From Fimbriosthenelais zetlandica (Eukaryota), in assembly GCA_977030845.1 (NCBI GenBank), contig OZ365111.1, positions 41,850,001-41,914,000 on the forward strand: a stretch of 64,000 nt of DNA, read 5' to 3'. The notes below the pieces were generated by a model. It saw only the letters and a program-made list of their open reading frames with translations, did not search any database and had not been told where the DNA came from. Of the stretch, positions 23,309-37,153 are shown piece after piece. Position 1 is the first letter of the stretch. Each line of letters begins with the position of its first letter. A program made the translations under genes and the position numbers.

Positions 23309-26300
23309 CAGATGGGTGCGCTCTGATGACTTTTGACGTTCGGTGCGCGAGCAGAAGTCAGCTTTTCTGATTAACTGAAAGAAGAGGCGTTAAATCCGCC
23401 TTCTTCTTCATGGCAATCAGTTCCAGTAGACGTTTAAATCCTGAATGAGCCCGGTACCAGCTGTTATGGTTGATTGTCATGGTCCAGATGCTTCAGATAT
23501 AGGCCTAATATATTGTAGTTCTAATCACAGACGGAGGTGATGGCGCTCCCTGCCTGCCATGGAACTTGTCATAGTAGTTCCTGCTTGCCCCCATATATAC
23601 AATTTAGGATCCTTGATTTATTATCTAAATTAGGAATTTTCTATAAAGTGAATTATGACAAATTTAAACATTGCCACAGACCTTTACAGCTTGAAAAGCT
23701 GGCATAAACCATTTCAAGTAAAAGTTCTTATACCTAAGAAAGGATGCAATATAATGGTTATTCATGATTTATAACCATAGGCAAAAGCATTGTTATGAAA
23801 TATTCTTCGTACATTTGTGTTGTGCAAATCAAAAGCAAATGTGAAGGAAAATTCTATTTTAAGACAGAAACGCCGTTAGCTGAATGCATGAAAAATTCAG
23901 CACACACATATATTTTACAAACACCAGGGTAACTTAGCCACTTCATATAGACTTGCATAAGGTTTGAATCTGGGTTTATGGACAGGGGTGACAGGGGTGG
24001 ATGGGAGAGAGGTGAGGGATCGGCCGGGGGTGGGGGTTGGGGCAGGGGGAAAGAAGTCATACACATGTGCATGTCATTGATGGATGGAGCCTATGTAGTG
24101 ACATCCCGTCATGCTGTGTATATGTCCCAAGTTTTGGGTTTCTGTTTGCAAGACAACAGCACAGACAAGAACAAGCAAAGTTCTACTTTTATCCTTTACT
24201 TTTTTGCTGTTCTTCCGAGATTTTCTTTTCTTCTTTTTTTAAACGTTTTCCCCATCAGTGGCATTGGGTCCAATGCATGTGACCGAGACGAGAAAGATGT
24301 TCCTTCTGCGATATGTCTTCATTTTTTTTCTGTCCAGAAGTCATGATAATAGAGACTGGGGCGTTGACCACATGTTTATTCTCGTATAAACATAGTTATA
24401 ATGAAACTCGCCAGTTAGAAACAGGATGTTCTACACGGGTTTGATGTGGCTTTCTCTCGCCCCTTCATCATTTTTTTTTAACTTCTTGCCCAACTCTTTG
24501 TTCCAGACTAGTCGAACATACTTTGCATTACAACTCGCGATGACTCTTCACATTTGAAACCACAACTATGGGGGATGACCCTGCAATTAAGCCTGGAACG
24601 CACAAGACTGTTCTTTCTCAAAACTGCCATAGAATACTGTACATGCAGTCTTTCCATAGTTAACGTTGGAATAAAATCCCTTTAGACAGATAAATAGGGG
24701 GTTTCACTCAAATTATACTGAGCAGAGTTTCTGAGCGTAACCACTGCAGCTAACTTAATTATTATTTATATCAAAAAACGCAGATATTAATTTTAATAAA
24801 TTATTATTTTGAACCATAAGTTAAATATGGCATTCGCATAATATATTAGATTTTGTGAATGGAAATCATATATATTATGGTCGGAGTTGATCAAGTGCAC
24901 ACTATCACTATAATATACTAGTGTGGCTGAGGCTTTAGGTAGGTGCACGTGGACTGGAAACTTCCGGAACAGCTTGTACATCAAAATCTGGTGACAGTGA
25001 GAGCACGTGGTTGTAGATTATTCGTCTGTTCCCCACATTAAAACATCAAGCAAGTGACATCACTTTTGACGAGCATGTGTTTAACACGGGTTGAAGTGCT
25101 TGGGGGGAAGAAGCTAGGGCATGCGATTGACCGGGAGAGACAGACACATACAGGGAAGGTAGGAGCGAGTTTTGAAAATATGCTACATGATCGCCAGATG
25201 GCAGGTCGCTCAATAGTGGGAGTAGCTCCTCCGCCATCTACAGCTGCTCCTGATCTGCTCAAGACAAGATGATCTCTCTAAACGACATTTCCATTCACAA
25301 ATTCTAATGATATAGGCCTATGTAAATGCCATATTTAACTTATGGCTTGGGAAATAGTCTATGCCAAGCTCAATTTTGATATTACTTAATTTTGTTTTCA
25401 TTTGGCAATTTCATAGGCCTATCATGTGTTCTATAAATGGCATTCGTAAATTCACCCTGCATGTAGAAGTTTCTATGAATAGTACTATACGCACATGTAG
25501 TCTAGATTATTGTTATAATAATCACCCCTTTATTCATTAGCCTATAGTATGTGCTCTATACTATAGAGCTCTGCATAGATTCTATGGAAAGTCCCAATTC
25601 ATAAAAGGTATATAAGCTTATATAAATTTATGAAAATCCATTGTTAGATATAATGGTTTAAATAAAAAGTCTTTGCAAACCTCAAAACGCGAGTGAGATA
25701 AAGACACTATGGTTTGGGTGGAACCTTACAGTTTTTGTAATCCCACGGCATCCTAAGTATACATGTAATATGCTTTTAATCATCACTCTTCACTGGCGTT
25801 TTTAGACCCTTCCCTTTATGTACAGAAGGTTTTTTTCAAATGTTCCTCGCGCTTCCCTAAAAAACCTGCCACCCAGTGCGATCGTACATGTATCCTGAAC
25901 AAAGCTCTCAATTTTCATCTACCCAGGGCCTCATGCACTCTATCCTCCTTCTCCACCAAAACAAAACCTTGTTGTTCTTTTGGGCAAAAACCAGTCTTGT
26001 GAAGTCAGCAATTTATGACAAAAATGTCAAAAGTGTCTTCCTGAATGTGTAAAGTGGAAAATACAGACTCTGGTTTTTTGCCTTCGTGTTATGAGCATGT
26101 TGCCAGCGCTTCTGAGAAGTAGGCGGTCCAGGGGCTTGTTTCATGATCATGAATTAAGGCCGCATGGAAAGAGAGTTTGTACTTTGAAAAAAAAAATGTT
26201 GTCTCTACTTCTTAGATTTAAAATTTACGAAGCGTTTTAAGAACAATTCTCAACGCCAAAAGAATGAAGTCAAAGAGAATTATATTATAATACATTGGAT

Positions 26301-27554
26301 AAGTATCTAGATTTGTACAATAGGATCTATCGATATTTGAAGTACCTTATTGTAATTTAGCGTTCAATTTTTACGCAGAAACTTTTCCACTATTCTCATT
26401 ATAAATTTCACAGTTTGCAGTTTCATACCTAAGCCTATATATTTTATTTTATTTTGTGACAGGCCCCATGTAGGCCGAATTCTTTCTGTTTGATTTCAAA
26501 GGAATCGCCAAAATAGGGGCGAGTATAAACACAATATTATTTGATATACATGAGGGACAGCAAAAATGGCAATTTAACGAGGTAACACGTAGGAATCTAG
26601 TTCAAGGAGTCGTAAATACCATGTGCTCAAGATCGAGGTGACAAAAACTGATCAGATTATTTCTCCCGCCTTTAATGCCATCAATCTCTAAGTCTAACAC
26701 GGAAAGTGTTGAATATGGGATGCAAAAAGTCCGGCATGGTTTTACGTAAAAGTGCAAAAAGGGCATGTGAAAATCCAAGGATATAGGCCCATCATATCCA
26801 AACACGAGCATAAATTCATCGAACGTTCGAAATAAAAGGCAATGAGGTTATCACTGAGGTCAATGGACACAATGTGGTCAATCAAAGTATAGGGCCTGCA
26901 CTAAAATTCTGCCCATTTCCCACCATACCAGTAAACCTTTCTGGGAATGAATAAAGCGAACATCATAAAAATATCATAAAATTGACTCCTTTCCTTTCAA
27001 CTATCATGGAATTGATTGTAGCCTTTCGTTGCCTGGAAAAGTGTTAATTCATCATGATATTCCTTGAGTCATGTGTCATGATAAAGGTGGAGAATGGGAT
27101 GAATTATGGTAGATTGCGAGTCAACATCAAAGGCTGTAACTCTGCCGGAGCACTCACACGTCTGTGTGTATTCTTTGTATTTTTATCCAATTTCTGTTGT
27201 ATATGTCTCATCCTTGGCTGAGAAACTAATTGATAGCTACATGGGATAGAGTATTGTGGTTTAAAACCGTTATTCATCTCCCGATAACGGTTGATTTCCC
27301 CTGCTGTGCAAATAGTTGATTGGCAAGTCTAAAGGCATATGATTTATGATAGGAGTCTATAGGCCTGTGCGGGACCCTGTGCCATTTTGTGTATAGGGAA
27401 ACTCATAGTTAGCCTATATAGTTACAATCTATTCGGCCTGGCCTCAAATTGCATTGCAAGAGAACTGAAAAAATCTTCCAGTTGAAACAAGGTCCTATAT
27501 ATAAGATCAATGGAGTGTTCCAGGAAAAGGCAATTAGGGGTTCCAACATGGGGT

Positions 27555-27734
27555 TGTACAAGAAAATCGTCGATGGCGAGGGATCGGCGAGGGTACCCTC
27601 GTGGAACGGTTGCATTGTTGAATTGCTGCTTTTTTGAAAAAAGTGCTGGGACAACTGCTTGTTATTGCATTGTCCAAGAACTGTTTTCTCAAAAACCCTC
27701 GCCGATTCCTCGCCATCGACGATTTTCTTGTACA
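27555..27734. mobile_element. 180-bp MITE with 40-bp TIRs and 9-bp target duplication (Mutator-like)
   Basis: TIRs 27555-27594 and 27695-27734 have one mismatch. Flanks acatggggt (27546-27554) and acagggggt (27735-27743) differ at one base. Confidence 0.8.
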
Positions 27735-28822
27735 ACAGGGGGTATGAGAGGCAGCTTTTGGTGAGGTTTGAGGTTTTATGGGGCCCAACACTGCCATAAT
27801 GCTGAGCTCCTTACAACATGAAGAGCACCAAAAACACCAGACCCAAAACGATATATAGTAGGCCTACCTGGTCTACCTGCAATGGAACCAAGACATTTTC
27901 ACCTCTATGGGAACATTACCTGGTGAATTATGTTTAAAATTCATCTTGGTTCCTTAAGAAAATATTGGAGAGATGCACAGCCGTAAGTTTGTTTTGTAAC
28001 TCCTATCCCTTCATTTTTATGAAGACGGTGAGTATAGGGCCTAGATCTACTCTTCGGGGTTTTTTTTATGGTAAAAGAGAATGACATGTTCAAACGATCA
28101 ATAGTGTCCCCATAACGGAAGTTTGGTGTTCTTGTGGTTGTCCTGTGTCCTGTAAACAAGATCTTATGATGAATGGACCTCCCCTGATGGGTCCACAAGT
28201 ATTTGTATATATGTTTTCCATTTACAAACATAGTCTCGCATCTGCGGTCTACCACCCACCCCTGAGTTGATAAAGGCACCAAAGGGCACTATGTCCCCCA
28301 GGGGGTATTTAATTAAAAAAAACAACACAATATTACAATAGATATACAGGCCTATATACTACATAAACGTATGTACCATAGTCTTGGTCTTATTTTACTG
28401 AAACCATCCCCAGATTCCTGGCAACTTAAGTGGCTAAAGATAGTGTCCCTCGCTGCGGTGGGGTCCGTAGGGGGTCCCCCTCCTGGGGACCACCCCCACC
28501 AAGAAGAATGGCTCGGCATATTTTTAACATTCATTACCAGAGCGTGCGAGTGACTCCCCAAGTCGTTCAAAAAGCTAAAGCCTCCCACATATTATTAGTC
28601 ACATATTGGTATAATCACCCCTTTATTGGGGCTAGACGAGCCAATTTATATTCATTTTAGACATGCTCTGCCTTCTATCAAAGAGTCTAGAATGTTATAT
28701 ACTTGTTGATTCTATCAGCGAGTATAGTTCAACTCATTTAGGCCTATTCTCCTAGCTTCTTTTAATTACCCCCCACTCATTCCAAAACAGACCCATATTC
28801 AATTGCGATTCCCCAATATGTA

Positions 28823-28878
28823 CAGGGTGTTGTACAACCAAAGGCTAAAGCATTGTTGTACATTACAACAACACCCTA
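28823..28878. mobile_element. 56-bp Tc1/mariner-like mini element
   Basis: TA|cagggtgttgt...acaacacccta|TA, with about 10 bp of exact TIR and a TA duplication. Confidence 0.45.
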
Positions 28879-29195
28879 TATGAGAGACCTCTGAAATAAC
28901 AAGAATCGAGCAAGTCAATGGGGAGCTATGTAACTTTTTTTTTTACAGAAATATTCTTAATACAAAACATATTTGAGAAAGATATTGAATATTTTCTGTC
29001 AGTGCTTTCACCTAAATATTTTATATAAAAAATGATGACCTTTACATAATTTATCACCAAAACATCCCGGTTGAAAGACAACTCTATAATAGATCGAGCC
29101 ACAGAAAGAAATGCAAAAATTAAATCCTTAAAAGCTGCCCTAAACTGCAACTGATGGAAGTAGCCCCGGCCCTACACCTTATTCCAATGCAAGCG

Positions 29196-29235
29196 AAGTC
29201 TGTTTCAAAAGGGATCCTCAGTTTGAAACGGGCCC
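29196..29235. mobile_element. About 40-bp TIR-only remnant of the Harbinger-like family
   Basis: gtctgtttcaaaa-gggatcctcag-tttgaaacgggccc. Confidence 0.4.
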
Positions 29236-32200
29236 CGAACAAAATAGATACCAAGAAAATTAACTGAAATCTGTCTGTACTCCTTTAAGTGTACATTCCA
29301 AAGCGACTGCCTATTTCTCGTATTTCGCTTATTTATTAACTCTCGAGTACCGTAATTATGCATTGAACTATAATGGTTCCTGAGATTAACCCATTTAGAA
29401 TAGAGTACATGGAGAACGATCTCAATTAATCTATTTCGCCTTTTCATTATGTCCAAGCACAATAATTGTCAACTCAAGTGAAAGAGAAAATCCCAAATCC
29501 CTCAATTGCTGACCTGACCTCCCTTGTGGTATATACAAAACATTTTCGAGTGTAATTTGATTTACTCGTTGACTTGGCTTATTGGTTAAGGGGGATGTCT
29601 ATTTTCTCTGACATTTCCAGGTTTATCCCCTTGTGAAACATTACAATCAGAAACACGATCACCTCTTGACCTCCAGTGGAATGTCGGGACTTAATACTGA
29701 CACCAATACTTACTTCCGTCCACGATACAAAATCTTGCCAATTTGGCTGACTGCACAGCATTGCTATAAATTAATTCCTCAGTACTTACAAAAGAACAAT
29801 CAAAGGAATAAAAGAATTCTGATATTTCTTTTAGTCGCAGATTTTGTGATATTTGTCCCCCCGATATGCAGAACACTCAGAGCTTTCCTTGCACTAATAT
29901 TCGTGATGACCACAATCTTCTAATTATCTTCATAATTATGGTCGACAAAGGAACTAAATTTGAAGGGAAGGGAATGTGAAGAGTGCATTGGAGGCACGAA
30001 CCAAAAAGAAATATAGAGATTATGAAGTAAAGAAAGAAGAAGGAAAGTACTGTTAGGAAAGGAGGGAAGGGAGAGGAGTCCTAAGTGAGGGAGGGAATAT
30101 AGAAGGAAGAGAGAAATGCCAGGAGCAAGGAAATACAGAAAAGAAGGATGGATGGCAGCAGGGATCGAAGAAAGAATAGAAGGGACAAAACAAATATTCA
30201 TGGAAATAGAGGAAAATCAAAGCAAGGATAGCAAGATAAAGAAAAACCTGGACAAAAAATGTTTCAACAATAGAAATACAATCCGCTTTCTCACCCTTTA
30301 TTCCATCGAAGGCATACAGGTTCAAACTGGGCTTTCTACAACTCAAATATTATTATGCCCTTCCCCCTTTCTTCCAAGTTTCTCAACTCCCCCATTGACT
30401 GAGGCAAGGCAAACGCAAGGTAAAGGCTTTCTGACTTTCAAATACATAAATCGAGAAAGCTCGGCCCACTTTGATCTCGCCATGGGTGCAACAGGATTGT
30501 TTGAACAGAATTAACCCACGAGAAAATATCACTCAAGCTGAGAAAAAAAATCACAAAGTCAGAAGGAAATAAGAGCCAGGCAGAACGGCATCTTTGACAG
30601 AAAGTCAACACACTCAAAACACAAGTGCGAAATATTTATTCTTGCTCCGTCTTTTTTCGTTGTTAAGTTCATGTCATATCCGCTGTACTTTGAGTTTGTT
30701 CTGAAGTCATCGCGATGTGGTACCAAGCATATTTTTACTTTTGTTTTAATGATGATTTAGCAGCCTATTTCTAGGACAAGGACGGGGGGAAATTGGTAGA
30801 ATACTTAAGCATGCAAAACAAAAAAATATTAACCGCTATTGAAATTGTCATTTTCTGTTCATCAAGAAAAGTATACTACTTAAGCCCATAATATGAAGGA
30901 AACAGATCCCAATATATACATGTATATAGCACAAATATAATCTTTGTATGCTATTTGACCAGTTATACAGTATTTCAGCTAAAATAGAGTAAGTTAACTC
31001 CAATCACCGAGTATGAGTAGGCCTATAGAAAGAAGCTTCTTTCTATACTCGTTGATCAAATGCAAACTAGCTAAAATACCACGCAATATAAATCAGGGTA
31101 CTAAATTAATCCTTCCATCAAAAAATATATTTCATCATATGAGGAGGACAAAGCTCAAAACTTCACATACATTTCCCCATAAAAGGATCATAAAATTTTA
31201 TAAAATATTATAATAGCTATAGCTCTGCTTTTAATATTCTACCAGGGAGTGTGAATACAGATGTGAAAGAATATTGTGTATGACAGATTGTCTTGGCAAG
31301 GGACGTGTTCAACAACTCTCATAGGTATATTTAAAGGTAATAGAGGCAGACTTAAAGGTTCATTTGTGTATAGCCGCTGGCGTTATGGCAAGCTTCTAAC
31401 AAAGATATAAAGAACTTCAAACAGACCATGTCCCTAGTACACGGAGTTGCTATCTCCGCAGCTGAGACTGACGCCATACTTCATTTATAGTTTATGAAAT
31501 ATTTGAATAAACTCATGCTTAAATACAAAGGGGGTTGTTATATATGACTGTGTCTCTGATTTATTACCATAAAACTATTTTGCTTATGTTAAATACTATA
31601 TTTAAGCGACCGTACGGAAAAATTAATAAAGTTAGGCTAACAGTAGGCCTATATACATGTATATTATATATACGTTCTTTCCAATTAACCTGCAGGCCTG
31701 CACTACATCCGTGCATCAGTTTCCAATGCAGTCTGATCATTTTTCGGCTAAATGTCGGCCCTCTTATTCTCTATACCATTATTATAAGTAACTGGGCGAT
31801 GACCAAAAACTATAGGCTCTAGTGTCTCTAGAATTCTTAGTAACGTATTAAATATAAATTCTCTTAGCATGAATGAAACTCTGCATTTCAATTAATACCA
31901 TCATTTTACCAAGTGATGCATGGTAAGGGCAACCCTAAATACCTAGGGCACAAATGATTGGGTTTTCGTTCGGACCTATATAGGGTTGAATGCCCCGTAT
32001 ATATAAGCGAGTACCCCCGCAATCCCCACCCATCAAATCCTGTGGAACGTGCCTGTGTCAGTGAGAGGGAGGAGTGTCCCTTTTTCTAGAAATTGACCGT
32101 TGTCTTGGCATTCAGGTGACACATTTAAGAGCCCAGCGGGATCAAATAAACAGAAATTAAATTGGATCCATTGGAGTGCATGACCCCCGACTTGTGACTG

Positions 32201-33726
32201 TACTTCGAAGCCCTTGTAGTTAAGGATCGGGTTTCAATGCACACGCCTCTTCCATGCCGTTCTCGGACCCACCCTCTCTTATATAGGTAGATTTAAGACA
32301 CCATTAATGGCAATGGAGTCTGATATTACATTAAATATCCATTCATCTGCTGCTGCTATGGGTTCCTCCCAATAAGAAGGCATTCCCACATGCACAATCT
32401 CCAACAGAACTCCATATACATGTATTATATTTTTCGGGAAACAGAATTCAAGATCACCTTTTTAGCAAAATGCATCATCATTTTGACTTTTTGAATCGAG
32501 TTTCTTTAAGAGATTGTTGTGGCCTGATGTGGTAGACATTAGCTATGCAGCGTTATGCCAATGCCTGGGCTCTATATCATAATAGCGCGAATCTTATTTT
32601 TTAAAGGAAACAATTCCCTGAAGGAAATTAATACAAAGCAAATTTACATTTCAAAGTAGGTATATGAATACCAACATTTCCATAATGAAACCAAACAATT
32701 TTTAAACTCTGTTAACAATAGAATACAGATACTATCAGTTCGCGAAAATGTGTGAACTGAATTCCTTTATTGCCCCATGAATGTCATTCCCAATGCTTTA
32801 CCCATTTCACCTCCCTTCACTTTTTACAATCATACAAAATGTTTTTGGGATTAACAGGGCGTTGACCTGGCAATTGAAAACATGGAAAATGTCTTCAAGT
32901 GGTGTTCGGAAGTAAGTGAACCGTATAAGAAATAATGACTTGTTTTGTTGGATGTGCCACAAGGTGCTAAGCTTGTCTCGCGACCGGTAGGAAAATAGAT
33001 TGGGAGCTGGAGCACATGTGGAATTCTTAAGTGAATGGGGGATGGGCGCTTACTAGATTTACAGCCTCCATGTATGCAATTTTCCCAAAGGAAGTTGACA
33101 TTTCTTCTTTAAATATCCCATCCTTCATCTAAATTTACGTCCTCCACTCTGTGGAAATACGTATAAGCGCTAATAATCCTTGCTGCATCACATGTTTGTG
33201 TAATAGTTTATGCAATAAATCTGAAAATTTTCGAAGCGATTTTCCTTTTAAACCCGAGACATGATCTATTAGGGTTGCATTCATATGTTGAAGATACTCA
33301 TTAGGGAAATACAAAATGAAACGTTTGTTCCACGACCAACTCCTTTTGAAAAAAAAATGATTAAAAGTTTTCTTCTTATTGACCTGCCAGCATGTTATTA
33401 ACCCATGATCGTTTAAGTCGATTTTTTTTTCAAATTCACCAATTATTTTCGGTGGATACTGAATGCAATTTGACATTAATTGACTATAAAAGTAAATGCG
33501 AGTGCTCTATAGTTGCAGACATTTAGTATGCACTTCAAAATGTATAATAATTCATGGTGACACAAGATCGAGGGTGGATTGCAGCGAATTACAGGGAGAA
33601 GAAAATGGATAGGTGGACGGGATTGTGTTGCTTATCATAACGCCTTATGTTTAGTTTGATGGATTTAAATAAATTAGGATGCGAGTGAGTGGAAAAATAT
33701 CCGAAAGGGGTGGAGGATCCGGAATG

Positions 33727-33795
33727 TATGAGTGAGTGAGTGAGGGGGTGAGTGATTGAAGGAGTGAGTGATTGAGGGGGGTGGGGGAGTGAGTG
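33727..33795. repeat. Degenerate (GAGT)n / G-rich microsatellite
   Basis: gagtgagtgagtgagggggtgagtgattg... Confidence 0.75.
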
Positions 33796-35439
33796 GGGGG
33801 CAGAGGCGCATCCAGGATTTTAGAAAATTTGTGTAAGACCTCCAGAAAATAGGGGGGGGGGGAATGGTAATGAGTGATCCTTTAATAGCATATTAATCAT
33901 TGAAAGGACATTTAAAGGGGAAACATAAGCAAGTATCATGTAGGGTTTTATAAACAAAAAAATTGAATTATTTATCCTGAATTATATACATTTGGTGAAA
34001 TAGCACGTTATTTCAAGAAAGCATAGAAGTATTATAGAGAAGCATCCGTAGATCTGGGGATCAATGACGTCACTCACACTGCCAGTGCCAGTGGCGCCCT
34101 CTGATGAATACAAGACTAACCCACTCTAATCACGGCAATAATTTAAGTTCTATTGTTTATAAAAACCCTACATGATACTAGTGGTTTTCCCCCTTGATTG
34201 TGATTGAATTAACCGTGAGAACGACAAATCTTTATTTATAATTTAATGTATTCCCCCTACGCACGTATATAGTATTCATTCCCCATCCCATTCACCCCTT
34301 CCCAGTGTACTAAGCCCCTGTGGGCGTATATCAGCCATGATGAGTAGCCTAGGTTAACATGAAGCGAATGATAACGAGCGGTGAGAGGCTGAGTCAAGGT
34401 GACAAATCAAACATGCTAACTGATCCTAATCTTCCTTCACCCCCAGCCCCAGATCAGCTGGCAGTCCACACCTGCCCCAACCAAACAGACCCCCAAACTA
34501 CTATACTACCTGTCACACACTAAGGCGATCCCCTTTTCGGTAATCATTCAGTTGCATGTTGCATCTTATAGTACTACATTTGTTGCAGAAAATTGTCCGA
34601 CTAAAATTCTAAATGGCAATGCGTTAATGACACCACGAAATGTTCTATTATATATGCCCGAGAGTTGTCCACGAGATGTGTTATTGAAAAAACATTGAAA
34701 TCGGGCAAAATTTGATGTTTTTTGGGTGTTCTTTACTTTTCAGCCATTAACTGAATATTTATAAATCCCATAGTGCTCTGGTATTACATATAAACTTTAC
34801 CTCGATTTGTATATTTCAGACCAAATGATTGCCAAATCCTCCCAGTATACCCGACCCGATACTGCTCGAAGTGACCCGGAGTATATCTCGAATCACTTTT
34901 CAAAGGAACTGATATTCTAGTCGCCAGCACACCCCATCACCCATGGCGAGTAACGTAAAACCGACAGACAAAAATCAAAAGTCACAATAAGCTCCAGGAC
35001 AAGAATGAATGGATCATTGCATGAATTGGTCATAAAGATCTATTTGTAGCTACTTCATGATTAAAGAAATCAACAGTGATAACTGAATAGCTGTCATCAA
35101 ATTTCTTGACGACTGAATGCTAGTTATTTGCAAAGAATTATGCCCAACTGAGCAACTAATTCCAATAAAATGGTATGGTATTTAGGTGTTGAAGTGTCAA
35201 TTTTTGCCGTTTATTCTATGAAATGGCCCTAGGCAGATTGTTGAAAGAGAACCTGTTGCTGGAAGATTCTGCGTAATGTTATGACAATAGACACATTCCC
35301 CACTGGTTAAAAAACATACATAATGTATATTCCATAGCATTTGCCACTCTTATTTATAAGGGTTTTGGTGAACGTTTAATCTGGGCCAAAACAAAGATAC
35401 AATAATTATGATGCCCTATTAACTAGGGACTATGTGCAT

Positions 35440-35587
35440 CCCAGACCCTGTTTTGAGAGGTTGGGCAACGCAGAGACATGTGGGCGTCCCAAAACCCTGT
35501 TTTGAGAGGTTAGGCAAGGCGGAAAAGGTAGACAATTGCAAATACCTGGACTATAGGTTAGAGTAGCCCAGACCCTGTTTTGAGAGG
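35440..35587. repeat. Three direct copies of an approximately 21-bp motif ccca(g/aa)accctgttttgagagg
   Basis: Copies at 35440, 35488 and 35567. Confidence 0.85.
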
Positions 35588-37095
35588 GCAAACAAATTGG
35601 CCTGATGGCTTCCAGTCACAAAGATCTGGAAATAGATTGGCACAACTTCCAAATGAATCAGGTTGGTATATGGCCTTTCACACAACCCTGCCCATTCAAT
35701 TCTGTAATGATGTTTCCCATTCTAGAAAAAAATCTGATTTCAAGATTTTCAAGTTTATTTCAGGACATGTTCCTTTGTATGTAATAATTTGAAGGACCGT
35801 ATTGCCTGAAGCATTATATGCGTCAGTGGGAATATAAAGGTTTTGGATTAGCGGTGGGGTGAGGGAGGTTGGATGGACTATAGGCACAGTGCAATATACA
35901 AACAAGTTATTAAATATTTTAATTGTATAATGGAGCCTGAAATCAGGATAATATTCATCCAAGAAAATATTTAAATCAGAACGAGAATAAATATTTGACA
36001 GGGAATAAAATGTGGGGCTGCTAATAATAGAGCTATCTTTTTGGTGGGTTTTATGAAACTGGGCCCTGCTTGTATTATTTTTAATGCGCCTATTATAGTC
36101 GTCGTAATAATTCAGGAATCAAATTCCAAACTGAAAATAAACAGATATATGAAGTAGCCTGCTGAAAGTCGATGATCCCACAACCCGACTGCACGTCACG
36201 ACCTATGTATCGTTTATAGAGAGAACACAAGCTCTTTCAAACAGGAGCACGACGTTAGGTCATAATACCATTTCGTAGGCAGATAAGAAAAGAGTAATTT
36301 CCCCTCTCAAAACAAAGCCATTGGTAACAAAAAATATAAAAAAAGAAATACACTCTATAAGTATACACTATATCTCTCAATTCGCGCATTCCTCCACCTA
36401 GAAATTGACCCAGAAATAATGGGTGCATTAACAGAATAACCCAACCCTATAATGCACGGAAAACGAGTGATATTTTCTTTAGTAGGCTATCCAAACCTAT
36501 TTATTTCAAGTTTAGTTATTCACCTAACCCTTATTTAATTTTATAGCATTTAATTTATATTTGGGAATAATTTGTTTAGATTTTTCTCTACATAATTTGA
36601 TAAAAAATAGACCAAGTTATTGTAGGTCCCATCTAAATGTAAAAATTACTTTCTCTCAGCCAATCAGCAAGCTCGTTGCAAAAAAACGACGTATCAACTA
36701 GTTGATCCGTCAAAGCAGAACAACAAGGCGGAAATCACCCAGTTCCAGTTAATACAAGCTAGTGTTGTGGTATAATATACAATTATTTAAAAAGGCACAA
36801 CTGGCATTTTCATGAAAGTGCTTCTTTGCTCATGGAATATGGTATAGATCTACAAAGACCTACAGTTAAGACCGTTTTTCATGCAGACTTATACGTCTCT
36901 CAGAAGGTGTTGACCTGCATAATTGTCGGTCATATGTGGTATAACGGGAGAGTGAAACATCTCCCGTCTACAAAAACATTTAGAAGTTGATTAATTGACG
37001 AGCATCAATCTTTTTAAATACCTCGCAGGTATACGTGCAACAGAGAGCATCGCTGTCTGCCGGAATACGTGCCTTGTTGCACTTCAGACAGGCCA

Positions 37096-37153
37096 GAGCC
37101 TGTTTCAAAAGGAATATTAGCCATAGGCTTAGCAATGCTTTTGAAACGGGCCC
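37096..37153. mobile_element. Internally deleted 58-bp copy of the same MITE family
   Basis: gagcctgtttcaaaaggaatattagccataggcttagcaatgcttttgaaacgggccc. No clean target duplication. Confidence 0.6.

Noticed and set aside
25040-25270. Multi-frame-open block; YFQNSLLPSL resembles the CR1/L2 LINE ORF2 C-terminus
   Set aside because: Resemblance needs frameshifts and covers only about 15 residues; it cannot be supported without a search.
35440-35587. Repeat-spacer layout resembling CRISPR
   Set aside because: Only three copies, unequal spacers with partial similarity, eukaryotic context and no cas genes.
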